Notes under the pieces: model-generated
The model's input: the letters and a program-made list of their open reading frames with translations, nothing else
What the model was told of the DNA's origin: nothing
The model's database searches: none
IMG/VR virus record: IMGVR_UViG_3300025276_000027
Coordinates: 1 to 64,000 of that record
Strand: one strand, 5' to 3'
Source of the DNA: a virus
Length of the DNA: 64,000 bases
Shown: in pieces, positions 8,201 through 19,900 of the stretch
How the letters are laid out: the number at the start of each line of letters is the position of its first letter
Numbering within the stretch: the first letter of the stretch is position 1
Translations under genes and position numbers: made by a program

Positions 8201-10903
8201 ACCATTACCTTCTATGATATCTATTAGATCTTGTTCACTAAATGCACTACCTACTCCACCAAAATCATTATTTGCATTTAGTCTTACTTGTTCAGTTACA
8301 TAATTAGAAATTGCCTGATCAATAACACCAGATCCATCAGTAGTACTACCTGCAAGTTTATTTAAAGCAAGTTGTAGTGATAATAATAAAGATCTTTGTG
8401 TTGCATTAAGCTCTGATGTTTCTTCAACCGAATACAGACCCTGAAAGGTTTTTATAAACCTATCAAAATTATTTGCATATGTTATATACTCAGGTTTAGA
8501 AAAATTAGCGGGATCTTCAATATATTTTGTAAATTCTTTAATTTGTTTTATTGCATCCATCATTAATGCTGAGTATGCTTGAGATCTAGATATAGGTCCT
8601 TCGCTAATAGCTATACCTATATAAGCCAAGTTACTTGCAATATCTTCTTTCATATCCTTCACACTACGGTCCATGAACACACTGCTGCGTACAGTATCCA
8701 TAGCATCTCTTTTAGAAATTAAGCCTATTCTGTATGTCTCAAGTGCAGTAAGCACAGTATTATATTCAGGATAATTATTTAAATCTATATTATCTGCTTG
8801 TTCTTGATCATTTTCAAATTGTTCTTCTGCAACAAAAGGTGCATCATATTGATCCGCAACAGCTTCTTCAAGCTTTCTTGTTTTGTTTTCAGCACTTAAT
8901 GACTCAGGTACAATCATATTTACCATGTCTTCGTTTTGCATAGGAGGATGATCAACAAGACCATCTTCTTTTATGTTACCACCAAACTTTTGATCTTTAC
9001 CTTTACCTGTAATATCTGCTACAAAGTGTACAGTTGCAGCTGCATAGTCACCTTGATATACTTGATAACCCATGTTTTCAGCCATCCTTCTATAGATGTT
9101 TACCTGTAAATTATGTTGTTCTCTAGTAGATAATGCTTGAATTCCTAGTTGAAATAGTATACTGTCTGTACTTAAATCCCAAGATTTATCATATTTTTTA
9201 AGTGTTAGTGATCCACCCTTTGTAGGTCTAAAGTATCTAGATGAAATTGAGTTTTTACTTGTCTTTAAATCTAATATTCTAACCTTACCGGTTTTGTCAA
9301 TGATCATTAAATCAACTGTGCCTGCTGTTTTAGTTGCATCATCAAATAGAACTACCTGTGATAATGCTATAGAATCTTCAGGCATTAGAAATTTTAGAGC
9401 AGATTGTAATTGATTATATACTTGATTTGCAATTTCAGGAGTAAGTAAGTTTAAACTAACTGTATCTAAAGATTCGCCAGCAATAAGAGCATCTAATAAA
9501 GCATCTACATCATTACCTACATCAAGATTCATCTGTACATCTTCTTGATTTTTTAGTTTACCTTTTATCTGTGTTGTGACAGAGTTATATTGCTCCCCCG
9601 TATTTATATTATAATATGTATGATCTTTTTCATTAAGAATAACAATTGATCCATCAGATGTATCTTTTAAATTTGCTGATAAAAAATCAACATCTGTTTC
9701 TGTTGTCTGTGCAACATGAAACATTTTATCTAGTATAATTTTTTGTACACCATTTGCTGAATTCCTTTGTATATCTAAAGCCTTTTTCTTTTGTGGAGAA
9801 AGGTTATATCTAATTTTACCATTTACCCTACTCTCTAATTTAAATTGTATACCTTCTGTATTTAAGAGTTTAGCAAGATCAGTAAAGTTAGTATCTGAGT
9901 TTATTGCAGATACTGGTACTTCTCTTCCTGTAAGATATTCATTTAAGTTATTTATGACATTCATAAACCACTCTAATGCGTCCTTTATTAAATCTGAAAA
10001 TCTACGTGTGGGTGTAGTTTCATATTCTTCTCTAAAATGTCTAGCTAATGCTTGTGTAACTATCTCTAAATCTCTATCTGTTTCACTAAAGCGTCTTTCT
10101 TTATTATATGAATCAGTGATTTCTTGTACCATCTCTGGAAAATTGATCCTAGCTTCAGCTAATAAATTATTAAACAAAGTATTATTATCTACTTTAATAG
10201 CATCTATAAATGGGTGTAGCATTTCCTCTATTGCTACTTCATTTGTTACTCTTCCTTTTATTAAGTATGCTGTACCATCCACATAAAAAGAGTTCATTTT
10301 ATCAAAAGGAACATTGCTTTTTTTCCATGATGGCATTTCATTATACATAGCTTTAGCATCAGATATAGATAACATTTCAACATTAACTTGAGGAAACATT
10401 CTTTTAAGATGCATTACTACTGCTCTAGCTCTAGGAGTATCCCAAGCTCTTGATGATTCAATCATATCTTTTGTTGTAAACATGTCTTCATTTACAGTTA
10501 CTCTATATGATTGCGTTGTTCTTTCAATTGTTACTCTATTCTCTGGAATATTATTTATAGATAAATACCTTTTAAGTCTTTTTAAATTACTGTTTAAATA
10601 AAACTCATCATACTGTTGAGTATTAGGATTTGAATTATTTATATAAAATTTATTTTGGAAACTATGCCCTATCCTTTCTCTTCGTAAATTATTTAATAAA
10701 CTATCTGAAAAGTTTCTTTGTTTTAAAGAAAATAATAATTTCTGATTACTTACAAATTCACTTGCTTCTAAAGCAGTAGGGAACGTATCTACATTATTAA
10801 GATCTTGCCATTGATTAATAACATTATTAGTGGCAATTTCTGTTTTATATACACCTTGCAATGCTTTATATTCAGCAGTATTTTTATTAGGACATCTAGC
10901 CAT
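5231..10903 (-). CDS. Large virion cargo/ejection protein with PD-(D/E)xK nuclease and degenerate zincin domains
   Basis: AGTVDLMIID...ILDLKT plus QVNIY (RecB-like, about 9090-9330); EEMLH at 10214-10228; directly follows the vRNAP gene as in crAss-like phages. Confidence 0.75.
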   Translation of the reverse strand: MARCPNKNTAEYKALQGVYKTEIATNNVINQWQDLNNVDTFPTALEASEFVSNQKLLFSLKQRNFSDSLLNNLRRERIGHSFQNKFYINNSNPNTQQYDEFYLNSNLKRLKRYLSINNIPENRVTIERTTQSYRVTVNEDMFTTKDMIESSRAWDTPRARAVVMHLKRMFPQVNVEMLSISDAKAMYNEMPSWKKSNVPFDKMNSFYVDGTAYLIKGRVTNEVAIEEMLHPFIDAIKVDNNTLFNNLLAEARINFPEMVQEITDSYNKERRFSETDRDLEIVTQALARHFREEYETTPTRRFSDLIKDALEWFMNVINNLNEYLTGREVPVSAINSDTNFTDLAKLLNTEGIQFKLESRVNGKIRYNLSPQKKKALDIQRNSANGVQKIILDKMFHVAQTTETDVDFLSANLKDTSDGSIVILNEKDHTYYNINTGEQYNSVTTQIKGKLKNQEDVQMNLDVGNDVDALLDALIAGESLDTVSLNLLTPEIANQVYNQLQSALKFLMPEDSIALSQVVLFDDATKTAGTVDLMIIDKTGKVRILDLKTSKNSISSRYFRPTKGGSLTLKKYDKSWDLSTDSILFQLGIQALSTREQHNLQVNIYRRMAENMGYQVYQGDYAAATVHFVADITGKGKDQKFGGNIKEDGLVDHPPMQNEDMVNMIVPESLSAENKTRKLEEAVADQYDAPFVAEEQFENDQEQADNIDLNNYPEYNTVLTALETYRIGLISKRDAMDTVRSSVFMDRSVKDMKEDIASNLAYIGIAISEGPISRSQAYSALMMDAIKQIKEFTKYIEDPANFSKPEYITYANNFDRFIKTFQGLYSVEETSELNATQRSLLLSLQLALNKLAGSTTDGSGVIDQAISNYVTEQVRLNANNDFGGVGSAFSEQDLIDIIEGNGVQDIDTMDLQTKDMATSPKVLLAVMDKLFKNKKQRLLDNIGQRNEIITKLANKVLRLSPTNDRQKIYDFMHEGDGEYVKVIGKQYRKIQEEIRNVLYDNDGKPYLYRDVTDLDSASQADIDYNIDVANKKRAFSDFFRAEIKDESGELVDGMYHRYTSDFIEERRRYEYWVPGTDKNPFGTWRRKDSRAVSDKEYSIYVAKYYESISYTKAQRDGQGNPTGAVVRGQDFKAVKEQFIETREVTADGRDMTSAKYRAIMNPTDALGQAQKEFYEMYVDVFENDLLKKLPLDYLTQMLGKTPLVKGNFINNLKEKPSWFSRAYAKTVGAEAWKMFQSTSQQRGVALDENGNLVSQLPIYYVGSARREGAIEELDKRISTLKDQKKKGLINISVYNTQLAELRGDRAKLVSQPTTGEISRDLGDSLMKFSAMAENYEVMGTIEDTLNAFVKVIEKREYQPADPTITTGTRIDGAFQKRGIIKGKDSNILRKANKWMSMTFYEEDTMSKGAVDKISDGLIQLSSLSYVAFNPFGNFNNYVIGRINNNIEMLGSRFFSKKAYRRATWEFNKRAVPDLVQRSSYVVGDLGDVLTFGLVKGAAASTYDAKKPNSKYEAFVDLFRMMDKMSDLREQTSDTSSGKSWFAKATEWGYILQDAAEYNVQTKVGMAILMDTQIKNKVTGETLSLYDAFQYNSTTHKNELKEGFDTVVKKNGTEIAYTDEFRYSLRNEIREVNKQIHGNYAKEDRVVMQSTTIGKLAFQFHKWVAPAIRARYQREYFDQNLGWMEGRYISAFKFLAYVKSEIVKGNKEFSTYNKGFLDAYGYTGEGGNLDQRATNKLYGFYRTMGEIGIMLSTFVLSQVLQGLLAGDDDDSDTTKRFKNILKYQADRTYKELVMFTLLPDGLTQQYQMFKSPIAATRTMGELGEALSMSLTTPLGYLYYSDEEFKSNSSFVYQQKPRKGQLKVYKNWKDVIPVLYSIQKYDAYLRMNNYFIK

Positions 10904-10906
10904 GAT

Positions 10907-13900
10907 TTATAAATTACATTTTTTAATTTGGTCTATAAAACCTTCTTCATTTTCATAGATACCATTATTATATTCTTCAATAAAGTCTTCCAAAGATAGG
11001 ATATTATTTTCTCTGAGAGACGCCATTGCTTCTTTATTTCCTTGTATATTAGAATCCCAAAAATCTGTAAGCATAGGAAACTGCTCATCTAACTCCATTC
11101 CAAAATCTAAAGTTAACTGACTTTCAACTTCATCTACTTCAGGCAATGATGTGTCTACATCATCAATAACGTTTGCTTCAAGTTCACTTTGATCTTGTGC
11201 TTCTTGATTTAAACCAAGCTGCTCCAATAGAAATGCTGTGTCAGCAACATTAGTCATGGTTGCTTCAGGATCAAGTTGTACATCAATACTATTTTCAGTT
11301 GCTTCAATATTTACATTATCAGATTGTAATACCTCTTGTTGTACTGCAAAATCTGATGGATCCATTGCAAAATCCATATATGGATCTTCTTGATTTTTTC
11401 CATTTTTAGAATTTACAAAAGCTCTTATTTCTTTATATGTAGGTCTAGGGCCAAACATAAAACCAATATGCGTTTGTTGATTAGAACCAAATGGATCTAT
11501 TTCCTTATATGTTTTAGATTCTGAATCTAACTTATATGTTTTGATGACACCTTGTACATCAACAACTCTAACATAGTTTGGTGTAGCATCTCTATCTAAA
11601 ACAATTGAAGCCCAATTTACTGTTACTTCATTGTCTTTTACCTGAACACCTGGTTGTAAACTTCCGGTTGTTAAAGATCTTTTAAAAGTCCAAAGTTTAG
11701 ATCCATTAATATTAGACTCAAGAAAACCTTCTGTAAATTCTTTTGTTAACTCTTCTTTAGATAATCCAAATACAGACTCAAAAGAAACATCTCCTCTCAC
11801 TGCTTTTTCAACAGTATTAATATGAGATAAAAATTTATTCATTGTAAATGGAGCAATTGCTTCTAACAAACTACCATACCTCAATTGTAATCCATCTTTA
11901 ACCATCATATAGTTAATTATTGTCTGAGCTTGATTTTTAGTATCTAAAGACCCATATAGTTGTGCAAAACTATTTTGTAAATCTACTTTTTGAGGAGCGG
12001 ATAAATTTCTAAATGTATTTGCCATTGCTATGTTAAGACCTGAATCATTACCTACATCTGTTGCAGATTCTGGTATAACAAAATTATCAATAAAGAAATT
12101 TGATTCACCTTTTGATTCTAATACTTCTTTTATTTCATTTATAACATCTACAATAGATCTATCTGAGTTTGGATATATTAAATCATTACTTAAGACTTTT
12201 TCATTTAATGTACCGTTTTGTAAAAGATTATACTGATAACCTTTTATATTTAAATAAGATAAAAGATCTAGTGCAATATTTTGAACATCTTCTGTTTTTA
12301 ATGTTGTAGCCCTTGTGTCTATATTATCTACTACATTGTTTAATATATCTTGAAAAACCGGAGCAGCAGATAAAAATGTTGCTGGTAATAAATAATCAGT
12401 AACTTGCTTAAACAATTTTAAATATGTACTATACCAAGTATTGCTATTATAAATTTTATTTAAATCTAATGGAGCATCTTCGCTAAGCAAATCTTGTATA
12501 TCTTTTTTCTTATCTAATACAGTTGCAACATCTTTACCTAGACCTTTGGTAAGGCTAGTTGGTGCACCCATCTTATCTGTAAATTGTTTTAAATCCGCTA
12601 GCTGTTTAAAATCTTGTAGGATACTAATATTTACTTCATCAGTTACTTCACCTGGAAAATTAATAGCATCTAATAAAACTGCATTTGTTACTGATATTCC
12701 TCGTGGTAATGTACCTGTCTCTTTTTTTACTTTATCAATTAATCTGAAATATTCCTTTTCTACTAATGTATCAATACCCGGATCAAATTTATCTTTTTTG
12801 TTTAATGCTTGAGAATATAAATCTTGTATAACCGGATTATTTATTAATAATATAGATGTTTTAATAGGTATACTTAATGAAGTCATCATTGATACTAAAC
12901 CTAATGCATGTCTATTTAAACCTAACTTTGCAAACAAACGCTCCTTGGCATTATCTGTAGCCATAGTAATAAGAGAGGATATTGTATCTTGATTTCTTTG
13001 ATCACCCTCATTCTTTTTCTCTGTAGTATATTTAAATGAATCATATGTTACCCCATCTATGATAATTGGAGATTTCAAATCAATCTTATATTCAGTAAGC
13101 AAACTAAGATATAAGTTAGGTAATACAGCAGCTCCAATAGAAGCTCCTTTATTTGCTTTAAAAGCAAGTATTTTACCAACCAAGTCATCTACATCATTGT
13201 TTTCTTCTAACATTCTATTTTTAAATATATCAGAAACTTCTGCTAAATCTGCCAGTGTACTATTAAGTATATCCAAAGCAGCAGGAGAATAAGAAATAGG
13301 ATTTTCACCAGATGCTACACTATCATTTCCAAGCAATGCATATTTATAATCTAGTATTTTATTATTTAAAGGAGCAGCATATGGTTCTCCAAACTTAGCA
13401 ACATATTCACCATACTGAGCTTTAGTAATAGGCAGGCCAAGTAATTGTAATGCTTTTACACCTGCCTCTTTTAATCCTGCATCTGTAACAATATTTTGTT
13501 TTGTTAAAAATTGATAGTATGCTTTTTCTTCAGATTCTGTAAGGCTATTTTCAATTTTAGCAGCATCTAAATTTTCATCATAAGTCAAATAGGCTTCAGA
13601 GTATATTGTTCCAGATTTATTTACATTAGCATTTATATATCTAATGTAATCTGAATAATTTTCTTCAAGCTTATTTTTATTACCATACTCAAAAAACTCT
13701 CCATCTTTTACATAAAAGTCCTTAAACTGTGCAAAAACTTTATCAATATCAAAATCTGCACCAGATACCTCAACTAACTCTCTAGCAAACATTGCTGAAG
13801 AACCATAAAACACCGGCATGAAATCAACCCATTTAATATTCATTGCAGAATGATTATCTTGAGATGGTATTCTTACACCAAACATTTTTGATATTGCTTC

Positions 13901-16900
13901 AGGCATAGTTGCTGAAGGTGTATTTTCAATTAAATCCATTACAGATTTATGGTGTGCTGGCATCATCATCTCAGTATACCTTTGACCTGTAGGTTCACCA
14001 TTAGAGTCATATTCCATTATACCATGTCTCAATCTATCTAATACAACAACTCCTTCTGGGCCAATATTTTCTTGTGTTAATGAATCAATGTTAAATAAGT
14101 CATTTTCAGTTCCTTGCCAAGCAGCTCTTCTTATAATTTCAGATCTAATTGGTACTCCATCTTTAATTTCAAATACTCTTCTATAAACTTTATTTCCAAA
14201 GTCTGATACTAAAGTAAGTCCTAATCCAGGAGTTCTTTCTGAGAAAACCCCTTTACTAAAATAAGATAAAAACAACTGTTCAAATTTTCTTACTATTATT
14301 TGATTGTTCAGATTATAATTTGGTATTCCTTCAGTCATAGAAAAGAACTCTAGTATTTGACTGCTAGACTGAGAAGCCTTAAGACCACTTAATGCAAACT
14401 GTAAAAATGCAGCAAGTTTAGGTGTAATTTTACCAGAAGCTTGAGATATACTTAACTCATCCATTGCATTTTCAAAACTAAATATCAAGTTCGTTTTATC
14501 ATTAAATTTTAAAGTAACTCTTTGTGATATAGCTTTATTATATTCTGTTCTAATTTCCTTAACAGACATATTTAATGCTGGAACAAATTGTTTATCATTT
14601 TGTTCAGAAGTTAGTATCTGTTTTATTTGTGTAGGATCAATCTGCTCTAATTTATTAGATGGGTTTAATTGCTGAAGACCCATAAATCTTGCATCCAATG
14701 TAGTAACACCGTTAGTGAATGGATCTGTATTATCTAATTCTTCAAGTAAATTAACACGTTGTTTCTTCATTTTAACTGCACTTAATGGCGCAGCAATTGC
14801 AATTGTTTCTTTTTCTTTCTCAATAGCTTCTAACTTCAATCTTAAATTATGAAGTGTTTCTTTTCCTGGTAGAGCAACCCAAGATTTTATATCATCATTC
14901 CATTCAGACGTATATTGCGGTGTTAATGTAAATGCAGACATTTTAAGAAATGTACTACCATCACCATAAACAAGTTTTTTTGAATTTAATAAAGCTTGCA
15001 TCTTAGCATACCCTTCTGGTGTAGCCTCATTTCCAAATACTGAATCAGAGGTTATTGTTTGACCAGCTTCAATTCTATTAATAAATTCTGCTTGAGCTGC
15101 AGATAACTTTCCAAAACCAAACCACATGTACCTAAATGCTTTTGTTGTAATATACATTTGAGCATCAGCAAAATCAATCCCACTGTCTTGAGGCTCTGTT
15201 AATGTAACTAAGCTTATATCATCTACAGGATGTATTACTCCATGCTCTGGTGCTGTTATTGCTGAGTATGCGCTATAGTATGCACCATTCTGCATTTTAG
15301 CTCTTTTAATTTGATCTACTGAATCTTTTAAAGAAACAGCCTGATCACCTAAGAGAATCTCATTTATAGAGTATGAATTTATAGCATCATTAAAGAATAT
15401 CTGTTTAAGGTTGTGCCTAAAGTTATTATTAAGATTCAGTAATGAAGCTGATTGTACAAGAGCTCCTCTACTAACTCCAGCTGCTATAACGGGACCATTC
15501 TTAACTTGATTAGATATTTGATCTTCTATTTTTAATTCATCTATTAACTGTTCAAATACTTGAAAACGGCTTTCTAAATTATCAACTAAATTATTTCGTA
15601 ATGCTGTCATTCCTGATACTTCATCAGTAACCTCACTAGTTTGTTGTGTAACTGTTCCTGCTAAAGCATCATCAAGAGTTATAATATTACCTGCTTTACC
15701 AGCTTTGATTGCTGCGTTAATAAGAAAGGTCTGTTGTTCCACAGACATTAATGTCTTAGTATTAAAGAATGTAAGTGCTCTTCCGTCTGTATATCCTAAT
15801 ATATCTTCTTGAGTCTTTGTTATATCATTTGCTTCTCTGTTTATTCTAGCAAACTCAGTTCTAATTTTATCTATATATATATCTACAGCCTCTTCAGTTA
15901 AAACAGCTTCACCATTAACCATTTCTACAGTCTTAATTACAGGTAATGCAGCCATATCACCTGTATTAGATGCTTCCATTACTCTTATAAGTATTGGTGC
16001 TAATGCTGAAATAATTTTATTACCTTCTCTATCTAAACTCTCTACTCTAGATACCTTATAACTTTTAGAATTTAAAAGAGCCCCATAATTATTTATTAAG
16101 TTAAGAGCAAACTCTTGTGGAGTAAAGTCACCATATGTTGAGGTTTGTTTAATACCCTGTAAACCATCATTTAATTCTTCTTCTGTAGATATTAAATCTC
16201 CTATCTTATTTCCTGCTACTCTTATTACTTGCAATCTTGATTCTAATGATAACTGTTTGAAAGCAGAACTATTCAATAAATAGTTATTTGCTAAATATGG
16301 ATCAGACTCAAGAAGGTCTACTAAAGCTTCAGGGTTGTTTAACTGAGCAATCTTTTTTAAATGATATGTAGGTAATTGATGTGCATAAATTAAATCCCCA
16401 TTAGGATTTTTAAATACAGATGCTCCAATTGTTTCATCAAATGGTGCATTAGCTATAGACATATTTTTTAATCTACTGTCCATACCATCTTTACCAACAG
16501 AAAATATATCTTCATTAGATTGTATCAACTGATTCATTAAAGCTATAGAGCTTTCTTTGTAAGCTGATCCATCTAAATCATGTGTCAGTGCTGCACTTTC
16601 ATTTTTATTTAATTTTAGAAAAACGCTTTGGTCTTCCTTTAAATTAGTTCTGTTATACAGCATACTATACTGAAGAAATAATGGGCTAATCTTAATACCA
16701 GAAAGCTCAAATAATTCTTGTGAATATTTCTTAGAATCTTTTTTAAGTTTAGCACTTGTAATTGCTTTATCTGTAGGTAAAATATCCTTTTGTATTTGTG
16801 AAAGTAAATTTATTAGTAAATCCTTTCTCTTAGGATCAATGATTAATTGTTTTCTTTTACTTATAAAACCTTGGTTCCATCTATCCAATTGAGAATTTAC

Positions 16901-19900
16901 ATCATCTCTTTCAGATGCAGAGTATACTATAGTATTACCAGCATTATCTCTTTCATTAAATAAATAATCTACCCTAAAGTTTTCAAAACCTTTAAGTATA
17001 GATTGAAATAAAAGAGGAGATTGTATTTCAGTAGGTATACCATTATCTTTTAATAACTGTTCTTTGGTTATTCCAACATCATTTAAAATTCTTTGTACTA
17101 TAGCTCCAGTTTCTGAATTGTCTTGTCCAAAGAAATACATACTTTGAAGTATCTGTTTAGGGTCAGTTAAATTCTTTACAGCTTTTAATAAACCATTATA
17201 TGCTTCTACAAAATCAACAGCTATTATTAATGGCTCACCATTTGTTAATTCTACATTTCCAAAGTAATCTGTTGCTTCTACAGAAGTTGTTGCAATATAA
17301 GCTCTAAGTTGACTAGATAGAGATCTAAAACCACCAATCATTGATGCATCCTTTTCATACTCTGTTGTAGATCTTATACCCGTTGCGTCTTCAAATTCTT
17401 CTACTTCATATCGTTCATTATCTGATTTGTCACTTATTTGATTTATGTATGCTATACTTTGTTCTCTTATTGTGGCACTATAATTATCAAACGCTGATTG
17501 TATTTCATTTAACTTCACCTTCTGCAGATCAGTCTTATTTTCATTAATTGGATTATCAATACTGTATAACCATTCAAAGTCATCCAATACAGAATCCATT
17601 TGATTTTTAGGGTTATAAGATTCTGTTAATTTAGATACACGTTGTAAAAACATAGCTGATATATTTCTGACTAATGGATCTGCTATATCACTTTCTAAAT
17701 AAATAAATCCTAAATTTCCTTTCTCAGTTATTGAGTTATAAGGTATTAATGCATTTGCTTCTATTGTAGCTCCAACGTTTAATGCTGTAGTAAATTCATT
17801 ATTTGCTATTTGTGCTCCTTTAAATTTACCACTATCAATATTTTCAAATAGAGTACGCAATTCATTTTTTGAATATGAATTAAATACAGACTGAATCCAA
17901 TCTAGAATTCTAGTAAATAAAGATTTAACACTTGCATCAGTATTGGTATTCTTAGGGTTTATTTTAAACTTGTTAAATTCATCTGCTAGATATTCTTCAT
18001 AGTATTGATTCTCTAGTTCTTGCCTAGTCATGTTACTATATGTATCTGCAGAGTTTTTAAATTTCTGTAGTTCTTTCTCAAAGCTTTTTCCTTCAGCTCT
18101 AAGTTTAGCTCTTACTTCTTTTCTAGCAATATTTCTATATCTTTTTATTTCTTCATCACTAAGTAGCATTCTAAATACACCGTGAAAAGCTTCATGATAT
18201 TTATAAGGAGAAAGTGCACCAGTATAAATAGTTCCAGATACCTTTTGTCCACCAGCCACATGATTTAACCCTAATACAAAGGCACCAACACGTACACCCC
18301 CTGCTTTTAAATTATTACCTAATGTAGTTATATCAGATATATTCATATAACCAGGTAAGTTGTTTGCAGCCCAATCAGTAAAGACATCTATATCCTCTAC
18401 ATCTGTCAAACTAAAATCAGAAGAAGACATAATTTTATTAGCTTCTTTTTCAATTGCTTTTCTTTGAGCTAATAATTTTTGATACTCTTCACTTGTTCTA
18501 AGAGTCTTACCTCTATCTTTAGGTGCTACACCCTCTAATAGCTGCGTCTTAACAGTTTCAAGTTGTTGTTTTATATCTTCAAGATTATTGATTTGTTGTG
18601 TTGCTGGCTGCTTACCGTCTCTAAACATTTGCCAGCTAGATTTATTATTTCCAACTTGTGGAATACTATCATCTAATCTATCTTGAATATAGTCAACTAT
18701 GATACCCATTTTGTCCATAGTAAAATCATAGTTCTTGTTTATTCTATTCAGAACCATTTGTCTACCTACTTCTTGTGTTATCTTTCCGTTCTTTATGCTT
18801 TTCTCTATTATCTTTATGTAATTCTCTATAGAGTTATCTTCTTCAGCTTTTGCTTCTTTACCATAATATATGGTACTACCATCCACGTCTTTATTTTTAG
18901 TCTTAGTTCCAAGAGGTTGTGTACTATTACCTCTACTTGCAGCACGTTTTGCTTCATATAACTTAGTAATAAGACTCTGGAATTTAGCTCTATCTTTATC
19001 AGCAACCTCTGATGTAACAGGATCTCTTAAAGCTTGAATCTGTTCCTCAATAGTAGATACAGCATCATCAAACTTTTGATTTGGATTAGATGTTGAAACT
19101 TGCTCACTAGTGTTAAGTCCTAAGAAATTTTGAGCTTTAACTCCTAATTGATTTAATACAGCGTCTATTTCCTTCTGAGAAGTAGCAAGACCATTCATTT
19201 GGTTAGGTACTCCTTCAAACTTACCAATTAAAAAGAATTTTACAGATCCATCTGGACTTGTTGCTTTTATTATCTCGGATCCATTTTCATTGTTTTTAAT
19301 TATTTGATTTACAATACCTCCTTTTATGTTCTTTTGTTCAAAAGTATAAATACCTTCTACCCTAGAAAAAGCTTCAACCCCACTAGTTTGTTGTAAACCT
19401 TCTCCACCTCTTTGAGATACCATTACATTAATAGTAGCAGCTCTCATATTATAAACTTCTACTTCTCTTGATGTTAAATTATCTACACCCTCTTTAACAA
19501 TTTTATTTGCTATATGGTTAATAAATTCAGAAGGGAGTGTAAGGAAATCTTTAGCTGCAAATTCAGCAAATGCGAGATCACTTAAGTCTAATAAACTAAA
19601 CTCTGCTTCTTCTGAAGTAAAATTAGATTCATCTATTTCAGTATTTTCTACTACATCTTCTTTTATATTACCCTTATCTATTTCAGCTTGAATAGCAGAA
19701 GACTCACCTGTAGCTCTAGCAGAACTATTTAATACTACTTCAGGTCTTACATTAGTTGTTGTTAAATCAATAATTTCATTAGCAGATGTTGCTGTAGGAA
19801 AAGATTCTCTAAAGTTCTTATTTGATAAAGTAACTTTTGTTGCTTTAATGTCGGCATCATTATTAAAATCTTTTATTAATGACTGTATAAATCCAGTAGC

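Noticed and set aside
10904-10909. Programmed readthrough fusing the 4775-aa and 1890-aa ORFs
   Set aside because: The frame allows it, but the stop is TAA (least leaky), the downstream ORF has its own ATG, and no recoding signal is visible; kept only as a possible fission relic. A sequencing error cannot be excluded.
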